From assembly GCF_021028975.2 (NCBI RefSeq), contig NC_059431.1, positions 41,540,001 to 41,604,000 on the forward strand: DNA of 64,000 nucleotides. The letters run 5' to 3'. Of the stretch, positions 49,091 through 60,071 are shown one piece after another. The translations under genes and the position numbers were made by a program. Numbering within the stretch: position 1 is the first letter of the stretch; every line of letters starts with the position of its first letter. The DNA is from Sphaerodactylus townsendi. Lineage: Eukaryota. A model generated the notes under the pieces. It saw nothing but the letters and a program-made list of their open reading frames with translations, did not search any database and had not been told where the DNA came from.

Positions 49091-50149
49091 TTTACATAGT
49101 AAGTTGTACATAAGCTCCAGGTAAGTTTACTTAAGATTCCTATTTTGCTTAGTTTTTGGGTTGCTAGTCAGGGGTACAGTAGCCCTTGCAAACTACAATT
49201 TTCAGTAATCCCAGTGGCCAGGAATGTTTCTGTGAACATGTGAGCATCAGGATTCCTTAAATTTGTTCTCTTTAATGAAGGACATAATGCTTTTCATTAC
49301 TGATGTAGGCTGATATAGGGGTTTTTTTGTGATAAGGTAGATGGATGCCTTGTGATGGAATTCAATGTGAGTGGTATATTAATGCTGGCATCTCTTTGTT
49401 TTGATTTCGGCAGACATCAAACAGCTAGTCACACAGTAACTAATCTGGGGACTGCAGTGGATAATACATTCTGTGAACTAAGTGAATTTGTGCAGCCTAA
49501 TAATATTTGTCAATTTTTCTAAGGCAGCAACAGAGTTAGGTACTAAGTGAAGTTCCCAGAATGATAGCATCATGCTTTCATCTGTATTCACAATTATTTA
49601 TGTACAGTCTGGGACATTTAATTAGTTTCAGTTTATGCTGAATGACTGTTTAGAATGCACTCAAATTTATACATCAGCAAAATACAAATTTATATTCTGA
49701 AAGGTTTTTTAAAAATGATTCACGGTTCCTTTAAGATTAGGGTTTTCCTGTGTTTTCTGTTTAAGAAAGCTGATGAACTGCTATTAAAAATATTGCAGAG
49801 ATTTGTATAATTTTGGCTTAGAAAACAAGAATCACCAGTTTGAAATGCTTTTCATCAAAGTGAGATGGCCATCCAGGCCAAAGAAAAATTCTTTCTCCAC
49901 TCTTGTCCATTTTCTGCCCCTTTCCCTACACATTTATTCTGCTGCTGCTATGAAATAAGACTGCTAGTAGATCATCTTATGTAGTAGATCTGCTATGAAA
50001 TAAGACTGGTAGTAGATCATGACTAACCAAAAAAAGTGCTTTCCCCTCCTTCCCTCCTTCTTGTCCTCTCCCCCCTTCCCAAATGACAGTAAACAATGTC
50101 TTAGTAAATTTCACTCTGAAAAAATAACTTGCAGAGAAAAAAAAAGAAT

Positions 50150-51950
50150 CCTTCCCCACCCCCAAAATGCCAGCTGGGCCACCTTGCCTCCTTCTCCCAC
50201 CCCAACCATCTCAATTACACCCTCCCCCACCCTCCCCCCACCTTTCAGCGCTCCCTTCACCCTAACCCTCACATTTCCACCCTCTCCCATCGCAATATTC
50301 ATCTTCAACTTCCCCCCTCTCCTAACCATACCTTCCAATCCTCCCCCATCCTAATACTCACTTTCCAAACCTCCTCCCATTCCAAGTGTGGGGACGGGCC
50401 AGAATGTATAAATTTGTATTTAATCAAGAAACATGGAAGTTGCCTGAACCAAAGATTTGATGAATCAAAATGGTTCTCTGTATAAGTGACCAGAAGCCTG
50501 CATGTTAGCAGCAGGTCAAAAGGAATGTTACCAGCTTGTCAGTGAGTATGCAGGCAAGCAAAGATAACATCTTTAAGGTCTTGTAACTACAGGTTACTAT
50601 ATGACAGAAGCCATATAAATTTATGACTTTGTTTTTGGGTTAGAAATGAATGTGATTAGTTAAATTAATAAGTGTTTTTCTATATAGTTAAATGAACACA
50701 GAAATGATAATGAGTGATTCACATGTATTAGTATTTCACTATAATTCTATTGTTTTAGAATCAGTGTATGTATAATCTGTTAAAATCATGTTTTAATATT
50801 TCAAACTGGGGAACAGAGAAGTTTTATGATCTAAAGGAATCCTGCATACCTTAAGGACATATCTCTCTCTGGGAGCAAAACTAAGAAAACAGGTTTTTCT
50901 TGGAGACAGAGGCTAGTTCTATTGCAGCCCTTTCATATGGGCAGAGAGAGGGCTACAAGCCAACAGCATGTGGCGTTTGAGTAACAGAAGGAATGTAATA
51001 CGTAGAATAAGAGGCTGTCTTCATGTGACCAGGAGACAGTTCTATCCAATGAGATTTTTAAGGTACATGCTTGTAGCACGTGAAAGAGGTATGGATTATG
51101 TACGTGAAACATAAGGGGATGAACTGTGTGACGTCTGTATTCTGTATCTATAAAGACTGGGGTCTTTCGTATGTAGGGTGTGTCTCCTTCGAGAGCCACC
51201 CGGGAGGGGTAACCTTCTGTAACTTTCTAAATTCTGTGTCTATAAAATTGGTCCTTTTGTATCAAGGGGGTGCCTCTTACCCTTAAGGGGACACCCTGGT
51301 CAGATACTTATGCTGTCCAGTAAACTTATCTTCTGTTTCAAAACTGTTTCTTGGGTGTTTTCTAACTTTAAGTTTTTCTTAAACTAATTCAGCTGTGTAG
51401 GACCAGAGACGCGGTCCTGGCCCCACACAAGCCTAACATTTCTTCCCTCACCCACTGCAAGCCTCACCTTGCCACCCTCCCCCAACCCAAGCTACACCTT
51501 GCCACCCTCCACCCTAATACTCACCTTCCAATCCTCCCCATCCCAGACTTACCTTTTAACCCTCACCAACCCCAAGCCTCAGCTTGTCACCCTCCCCTAC
51601 CCCTACTCCTACTCACACCTTTCAACCCCACCCAACCATCACATTTCTACCCCAATATTCACCTTCAGCCTTTCCCACCACACATAGCCACACCTTCCAA
51701 CCCTCCCGCACATCAGGCCTAACCTTTTTACCCTGCTGCTACCCCAAGCCTCACTTTGCCACCAGAACCCTCACCTTTCCGCACTCTCCCACCTGAAGCC
51801 TCTCTGTTCAACCCTCTTCCCATTTGCCACTCCAAGTCTCCCCTTTCAACCCTCCCACCACTCTTTTCCATCCTCCTCCACCCCAAACCTCACCTTGCCA
51901 CCCTCCCCCAACCCAAAGTACTCCTCTTCACCCTCTCCCTATCCTCACCA
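50150..51950 (+). repeat. Degenerate C-rich minisatellite split by a solo LTR
   Basis: Units like CCCAAGCCTCACCTTGCCACCCTCC at 50150-50386 and 51428-51950. Same unit at 29730-30290. Confidence 0.8.
50387..51427 (+). mobile_element. Solo LTR (ERV1- or Gypsy-type)
   Basis: TGTGGGG ... CCCCACA termini, 4-bp TSD CAAG, TATAAA at about 51149, AGTAAA at about 51319; length 1041 bp. Confidence 0.85.
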
Positions 51951-52250
51951 AAAACTTTAGGGTGCTGAACACAATTTCCCCTTCCCTGTTTATTCTCATA
52001 GTAACCTTCTGAGATAGATTAGACAGAGAGAGTGAATAATCCAAGATAATTCAATCAGTTACTAACATATTGGAAATTTGAAACTGAATCTACCAGATCC
52101 TAATTTGATATTCTTAGCTCTTAGCTGTTTAAAATGTACCAACATCAAACTTGGGGGTTTTTTTGTGAAGAGTCTGAACCCCGGCACCAACCCCAATCCA
52201 TACTGGGGAGGACAGAGAAGGTACTGGGCCACCAGCTCCTGGAAAGATCC

Positions 52251-53555
52251 CAGGGGCGTAACGAGGCAGCCCTGGGCAAACTGTAGCCCTGGGCAAAACC
52301 TGAGTTGGATGCCCCCCAATGGGCAGCCACTCCACCACGACCAATTTTTTTGGCACCAGAATATTGGTGCCTGCAGGGGGTGCATTTTTAGACATATCAT
52401 CACCAAAATTTCAGCATATCATCAGGAGACTGTCCTTATGCTACTCCCCAAGTCTGGTGAGGTTTGATTCAAGGAGTCCAAAGTTATGGGATTTCCTCAG
52501 CATCCCCATTGTGCCAATGGGAGCTAATAGGAGATGGGGGCTACAGTTTTGAGGGTCCATAACTTTGGCCCCCCTGAACCAAACTGCACCAAACCTGGGG
52601 GTATCATCAGGGCAGTCTCCTGATGAGACCCTGAAAGTTTTGAGACTGTGCCTTCAGAATGGTTCCCCTCCTGCCTGCTACCTCCATGGACAGCAATACA
52701 GAAAACTCAATGCAGAACAAAGATTCTTGGGCAAATTTCTGGGATGTTCCTGCAGGGGGTGCATTTTTTGATGTATCAGCACCAAAATTTTAGGGTATCA
52801 TGTGGAAACTGTCTTTATGGTACCCCCAAATTTTGGTGCAGTTTGGTTTAGGGGATTCAAAGTTATGGACCCTCAAAGGGGGTGCCCCATCCCCCATTAT
52901 TTGCTAAGGATATGGGGGCTACCCTTTGAGGGTCCATAACTTTGGACCCCCTGAACCAAACTGCACCAAACTTGGGGGGTGCCATCATCTCCAGATGATA
53001 CCCTGAAATTTTGGTGCCGATACATCCAAAAATGCACCCCCTGCAGGAACATCCCAGAAATTTGCCCAAGAATCTTTGTTCTGCATTGAGTTTTCTGCAT
53101 TGCTGTCAATGGGGGTTCCAGGCTGTGGGGGGGGGGACATTTCTGAAGGCACAGTCTCAAAACTTTCAGGGTCTCATCAGGGGACTGCCCTGATGATACC
53201 CCCCAGGTTTGGTGCAGTTTGGTTCAGGGGGGGCAAAGTTATGGACCCTCAAAACTGTAGCCCCCATCTCCTATTAGCTCCCATTGGAAACAATGGGGGA
53301 TAGGGGCACCCCCACTGGGAGTCCATAACTTTGGACTCCCTGAACCAAACCTCACCAAACTTGGGGGGTAGCATAAGGACAGTCTCCTGATGATACGCTG
53401 AAATTTTGTTGTCTCTAGCCTAAAAACTGCGCCCCCTGCAGGCCAGAAATGGAAAACCACTAAAATACCCAAAAACGAACCCAGCATTTTGATGCCCCCC
53501 ACAAGGTGATGCCCTGGGCAGCTGCCCACCTTGCCCAATGGGCATTACGCCAGTG
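52251..53555. mobile_element. Non-autonomous hAT (Tip100-like termini) element with ~1.07-kb internal fold-back
   Basis: Termini CAGGGGCGTAA ... TTACGCCAGTG, perfect 8-bp TSD AAAGATCC. Internal arms about 52369-52885 and 52915-53443 are reverse complements. Confidence 0.9.
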
Positions 53556-54070
53556 AAAGATCCCTCTCCTTTCTTCTACTAGCAAAAGAGGAGAGGCAGA
53601 CACACAGGCACATATAGACTTCCCAGATACCCAGACTGAGCACTTGCATAGATAGTTTGCTGTTCTTATATTTAGTATAAATTCATTTGTTATCTAGTAA
53701 GTTCTACAAAACCACTCACTTTGTTTTGTTCTGCCCTATTATTTGCTTTACTAATTCATTGCAATACATCACCAAGGCTCCATATGCTGTGTTTCCATGG
53801 ACTGTACTCTGTGTGCACATGATGAAAAAAAGATTTGTAGTTGCTTCTTGCATTTTAGGCTAAGAGTGGCTTTACAATAAAATTTTACGTCTACCTCTAT
53901 GGTTCAAATCTACCATAATGTGAAGTAATCTCAAGCCTTCTCTCTGTTCCTTTATGTATCCAAAACTTCTCTTGATGCAAACCTATCCAGAATTTTCATG
54001 GTATTTCTTTTGTACCTGCTCTCATATGCTTCTTTTCAGACTTTTGAGCAGAAACTGTACAGTAATGCCA

Positions 54071-54444
54071 CCAATCCTGGGTGCCTTTTCAGCCCCCAAA
54101 GTACATAGTTGTACTCAGCTGGCCCTGCCAATTCCAGAAATATATAGTTTTCCTCTTTACATTTTTTCCCAATCTTTGAAGACACGCTGATATGTACAAG
54201 AGAAACAACCGCTCAATGGACTCCCATTGAAAAGCATTGGAACTGTGGAGGACAGGTCTACCGTGGTCCCAATGCTTTTCAATGGGAGTCCTCCAAGCAG
54301 CTAAGATTCTCTCATGCATGTCCATGTAGCTTTGAAGAAAGTTTTATAATTTTTAAAAATAGTAAAAATACATATTGCCAGAATTGGCAGAACCAGCTGA
54401 GTACAACCATGCATTTTTGTGGCTGAGAAGGCACCCCGAATCGG
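54071..54444. repeat. Old fold-back element with perfect 23-bp central stem
   Basis: Outer arms about 54071-54150 and 54364-54444. Inner GGACTCCCATTGAAAAGCATTGG (54218-54240) / CCAATGCTTTTCAATGGGAGTCC (54269-54291). Confidence 0.8.
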
Positions 54445-54788
54445 AACCTGCAAAGCTAAGGTCCTGAGGCAACCGTCTGCACATGGTTTTGTGTCAAATT
54501 CCCTCTCCTAAACCAAGCTGTCCAGTCAGTCTGTATGATCGAAACCCACAAAACAACCAAGATTCAAGGTCATAGAACAATTTAAACCATTTTATTTGGA
54601 CTATAACCTGAACAAGTACTATACACCAATGGAGGAATTGCCAACCAACCTTGTGTGTTTTTTGATGTTTCTACTACAGCAGTTCCCACTGGCAAAGAGA
54701 TGTTGAATTTTAAAGTGGTGCTCTCCCCTTAAGTAGTAAAAAAAGTCCTTCCAATAAAAACAGCGGGTTCAAACACAACTGTTTAAGC

Positions 54789-55008
54789 TAGGATTGCCAA
54801 GTTCTCCCTGGCCATCAGCAGGGGTAGATCCAGGTTGGGAAACTCCTGGAGATTTGGGAATGGAGCCTGGGGAAAACAATAGGGTACAATTCCACAGAGT
54901 CCAATCCCTTCAGCATTCATTTTCTCCATGGTGAACTGATCTCTGTAGTCTGGAGATGAACTATAATTCTGGTGGATCCACAGTCATACTTGTAGGCTGG
55001 CATTCCTA
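54789..55008 (+). mobile_element. Old Blackjack-like repeat copy
   Basis: TAGGATTGCCA ... TGGCATTCCTA. Same body as the 21307 copy. Confidence 0.6.
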
Positions 55009-56679
55009 CTGACAGCATATATTATTTTTATGGATTGCTGTGGTTAAAAACTTTCTGGGTTTTGAAGCCTTACAAAAATGCTTGTATAACACACTGAGCC
55101 TCATCTGGTACTTGAAAATGCAAATGTATGTATGTGCTTAAGCTTTACATTTCAGATTCTTCACTTCAATTTGAACCTGCCAGTTTTGCTTGAGAATTTT
55201 TATGCTGCTGCAATATTTTGTCAGAACTGACAGGCAACACCTGACGGCACTATTTGAATGAAGATCTCATGCTTCTATGGCTACTTACAGCTAATCTCTG
55301 TCTCCCTGCTGCATTTTTCTCAGTGAATTTCCCCTGCTGCAGAAACACTAAGACCACACTTGAATGATGAGTGGTATGAAGAGATCAATTTTTCAAGGAG
55401 TGATGGCAGAAACACACAAGGCTCATGTTACGCTAGGGTGTGCTCTATTAATGCTAGAATAATCCTTTCATTTTGCCAGTGTCTCCTTGCTTTTTAATAA
55501 GATAGGTTACTTTCATTTGACACAAACCCAGCTCCAGATGGGCTCCTGTGTTAATTTTTTATGCAACTGCTATAGACTAGATAATGCATATTAATTTTTT
55601 ACTAATGCTTTCTATAATTACCATGGGCATCACATGACCTGCTTGGTATATGGAGCTGGCTGGCATATGAAAATAGTTTCTAAGATGAAAGCCAGATCTC
55701 TGTTTGACAAGCATATAACAAATATAAAGAGAGAAGTGATCAATGATCAGCATGGCATCTATGTATGTGACCCTTTATAGATAACCTGCTCACTGAAGAT
55801 TTTTCTGCATGCTTCTCCATGTTTCCCCTCCCTCATCAGCTCTGCTTCATCTTACTCCCTGATTGCCATGCAAATGTTTGTGCCTTCAGTTTTTATTTCA
55901 ATATATTTTTGGGTTTTTTTCCCCTAGTTGACTTTTTACCCTAAACTTTTTCTGGAAGCCAATTTTGATTTGCCTGCTCCTTTTGATTACTCTTACCTGC
56001 CCCCAGCCCTCTTTTCAATGATAGGATTGTTATGATCATCAAACCACTCCCTCCCCTCCATTAAGGCAAGTGATTTCTTTTTCAATTTAAAGCAACAGCA
56101 CTTATATCACTATATTGATATAAACATGTGCACATGGACAAAAATAGGTTTACCAGGCCCTCTGAAGTCCCAGCTTTCATTTTTTAGAAGTAACTCTCTA
56201 TCACCTTCCCTAGCAGAACTATGCCAGTTTCCTTATATCTCTGTGGCAGAATACAAAGACTTAACTTTTTTTAAAAAAATGAGACTTCAGAGAACCTGCT
56301 AAACCTATCATTACCATGGCATATCAATATAACAATATTTTACAGGGATTTTTAAAATTAATACAAAAGCCCTAGTAATGGAGGGCCATTTCTTCTACCA
56401 GAAAAAAAAAATTAGTGTTGTTTGAAAGTGACATAGCACTTCACATATGGTTCATAATTTAAAATCATCATATAAAATATAAACTGATTGGTGGTGCAGC
56501 TGTTCCTCTTTTAGGCTTTCCCTTGCAAAGACAGGCAGGAATGGGGGAGACTCATATAAACCCTCCCCAACAGCCAGTTGCAGATCACTCCCACCCTGGG
56601 AATGCTACCCTCCTTCCTGCTCTCAACAACCTTGTGTGTGTCAATGGAGCCTTCTGATCTTGCTTTTCATCCTTAAATG

Positions 56680-57411
56680 CAGTGGCGTATGGCCCTAGGG
56701 ACATGAGGTACCACATGTCTCCAGATAAATGCCTTTTGGTCACCTGGGGTGTGCCGGATGGCCCGGAGCCACCAATGGAGCTCCCAGTCCTGCCTTCCCT
56801 GGCTGCAGAGGGAAGGACTGGGAGCCCAGGCAGCCAGCTCAGCTTCTTGCCTCTGGCCAGAGGCACAAAGCTGAGCAGGTCACCAGGTCTCCCAGTTCTG
56901 CCTTCCCTGGCTGGGGAGGGCAGGACTGGCAGCCCCTGCCATGGCTCCTCCTCCCTGCCCAAAAGCCATGGTGTGGGGGAAACTTGCTCTTCAGCTTCTA
57001 GGCAGCAAAATGGGGCTGCTCTGCTCCTCCTCACTGCCTAGAAGTTTCTAATGAAGTGAAGAGGGGCTGCTCACAGGGAAACTCATGCCCTGGCTTCCTG
57101 GCAGTGAAGAGAGGCTGCTCAGCTCCTTCTCCTTGCCTAGAAGCAAAGGACGAGGGGAAATCATGCCCCACCTTCTAGGCAGCGAAGAGGGGCTGCGCAG
57201 CTCCTCCTCCCTGCCTAGAAGCTGGGTGCGAAGGAAACTGCAAAGGAAGGGGCTGGAGCCCAACTAATGAGTAAGTGTGGTCTACTTGTGAGTAAGTGGG
57301 GCTTACTCACGAGCAAGCCACACTTACTCACGAGTAAGTGGGGCTCTGCATGCAGGGGGCACCCAGATAGGTTTTTGCCTCCTGGCACCATTTGGCCACG
57401 GTACGCCTCTG
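56680..57411. mobile_element. Non-autonomous hAT (Tip100-like termini) element with internal tandem and palindromic repeats
   Basis: CAGTGGCGTA ... TACGCCTCTG; TSD CTTAAATG / CCTAAATG (1 mismatch). Confidence 0.82.
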
Positions 57412-58468
57412 CCTAAATGTATTTTCATTTTAAAGATTATTTTAATTCAGCTAGGATATCAGTAAGCATTTATGAAAAAGGGGGAGTGTTATGACCCCAC
57501 CGATTATGCCACTGATGCGGACAGCATCTTCCCTTGAATTGTAATTATTTAAGGCGCATGCAGAAGAAAACAAACTGACTCCATGACTAAAAATGTAGCG
57601 GGAGAGCAGATGTTTGGCAGAACTGTGCCCAAACTGATTCCCGTGCTTATGGATTGATTGCCAAAAATATCAGGGGAAAGCTGAGCATGGGGAAATGCAA
57701 TTAAGCATAACAGAAATTTCCAAATTATAAAACAAGTTTTCTAACTTGAAATCAGTAGCAAAATAATGTAATAGATGTTGTAGTAATTTAATATTTTCTA
57801 TCCCTACTTAATATTTTCTATCCCTATTTATACTAGCATGCATGGCACAGAACTATAATAATGAAATTTTGTACTAAGATACACACATATACAATCATCT
57901 TTTTTGGTGCGCTGAGGATAAATATACCAAAGATGAACAGTATAGATGCCCTAGAAAAGATATGATTAATATGAGACCTTCTTATTTCACTAAATCATAA
58001 CCTGTCCACAATTGTTGCTTTAATTTAATTTCTTTTTTTATTGATGGAAATTTAATCTCATTTACCCTCTAGAACATTAAGCAATGAATCAAGGCTGATA
58101 AGTTAAAATGAGGGAGACAAGCAGTGGACATGAATAAAGTTCTTTCTGTGCTATCATTATTCACCAGATGAAACTGCCAAATAGGCCAAGCAGAGCTTGC
58201 ATGTTGAATTCTGGAAGTTGTACCATTTCAAGTGTGTTAAACATAATTTAGAAGAGCTAACAAGAGAGCTAGAAACTGGCTATTTGTTTTATTCTCCAAC
58301 TTGACCAAGTATACATTAAAGAGCATACAAATACCACTGAAAATGGCAGCTGGTGTCCATTTCTTCACACCCCACTATTTGATATATAATACAATTTATT
58401 ATGCTCCTTTATAGCCTTCTGCAAGTCCATATCCTACTGCTCTTCTCAGAAACGTCTGTAGTCATTTT

Positions 58469-58544
58469 TCAGTCTGAAGTGTCTTCCTTCAGCTTAAGTG
58501 GCTCCTTCTGGACTTGGGTTGGTTTCCAACACTTCAAACAATTT
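58469..58544 (-). CDS. Candidate terminal exon coding part (NCLKCWKPTQVQKEPLKLKEDTSD*)
   Basis: aacag acceptor (weak pyrimidine tract), TGA, AATAAA about 70 nt downstream (58395-58400). Confidence 0.22.
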
Positions 58545-59530
58545 CTGTTTAACCATTTAAAACTTACATTGAAACTCACAAAATAATTTAAAATCTCATT
58601 ACAATCATTAAAACCACATTTCAGTCAATATCTCTCCATCAAGGGCACTATGTTTTTAATACTTCACCAAGGGATGTAAACAGAATGGGACAAGGGGGAC
58701 AAGTATTTTTCTAATACAAGGCTATCATTTGTGGCCTTCATTCATTTTTTGGCCTCATATAGCAAGAGGTCATGATTTAAAAACACATCACGATGTAACA
58801 AGAACATGTACTTTATCCAAAACAGCTTAAGAAGTTTACCATAGAATATGGGGAAATTGGCATATAAATACTTTAATCAATTATAAAAAGACCCATTTAT
58901 AATCTGAACATAGCAATAGACTCTAACTGAAACTTCCTTGTTTACAGTACCTGGTGCTCTACAAAACTAGTTCCACTTAAACAGTCTATATGAACTGTTT
59001 TGTGGAGGAGTTATGCATGAGCTCAGAAGGTACTGGGTCCTGAGACCTCTAGCTCAAAAATATCTCAATAACAAATGTTGGAAAATATTATCTGTGGGAG
59101 AACTGTTGCAATTCAGAGTAGACAGTAGTCCATTCTGCACAGCACAAATAAGACATCCTGAGGACACACAAAAAAGGTGTCTTGGGAAGGAAGCCCACAC
59201 AGCTTTTTCCCAAGGTGACCTCAGGATGTCTTATTTCAGCTAAATATGCTAGGGTGATGTAAGAATAAGCATGTGTTTGTGTCACTCAGTGTCATTGTCC
59301 AGGGCAGGGTAGTTGATGTTTACTAAGTTGACCTTCTGTAAGACCAACTGGATAACCCTCCCATTAGTGATGCAAGATGACAATGTTGATCAACTGAGGG
59401 AAACAACAACAACATGACCACTCTATAAATTAGTCAGTAGGCACAAGAGGGACCTTCAAGCCACAGGACAGATGGCCAGCCAGACTGTCTCTTTCCTTGC
59501 CCAGTAGCATATTGGATAAGTTGAACATAC

Positions 59531-59543
59531 CTGTAGAACATAT
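59531..59543 (-). CDS. Candidate 13-nt microexon (ATATGTTCTACAG)
   Basis: ggtatttttcag acceptor and CAG|gtatgt donor. Confidence 0.22.
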
Positions 59544-59723
59544 CTGAAAAATACCAATAAGATATTTAAAGTATTTAGACCATAAATATACGAACAGACA
59601 TCCCTACCTAGAGCCATGTTTTGATGTGAGCCATAAAATGAGGGTTCAGTGTTTAAGACTGAACAAAACACATTTGCACTTGAAATAACATCATCCCCCA
59701 TACACAGTATAAGCACATTTTAC

Positions 59724-59785
59724 CAGTTCCAAACGTTTGTTTTTCTTTGCATTTGCTCTGTCCTTTGTTCCATTGCTCATGAGTT
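59724..59785 (-). CDS. Candidate 62-nt exon
   Basis: ttaaaccag acceptor, CTG|gtaaaa donor, purine-rich, open in two frames. Confidence 0.2.
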
Positions 59786-59926
59786 CTGGTTTAAGTAAAA
59801 TAATCTATAAAATTAATTCAGGATTTGAAGCACATGCAATTTGAACAATCTGCAGCTCCTTCAGTTCATTTGTCTCTCTCCTCTCTCTTATACCTTACTC
59901 ATGCACATCTGCACTTTGTAGTGTTC

Positions 59927-60071
59927 ATCAGTCTGAATGTGATTGTATGTATGATCACATCAAGACTCTTTGTGCAATGTTTTGCTAATGTGCACATGCC
60001 CTCCTATTCACTGGTAAAACACACAAAAAGAGTCTTGATGCAATCATACATATGATCATATCAATGCTGAT
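59927..60071. repeat. Imperfect inverted repeat / hairpin
   Basis: GATTGTATGTATGATCACATCAAGACTCTTTGTG pairs with CACAAAAAGAGTCTTGATGCAATCATACATATGATC. Confidence 0.75.

Noticed and set aside
49944-50021. Short local tandem duplications (also about 4447-4482, 57789-57828, 60434-60484)
   Set aside because: Ordinary slippage-type duplications with no sign of function.
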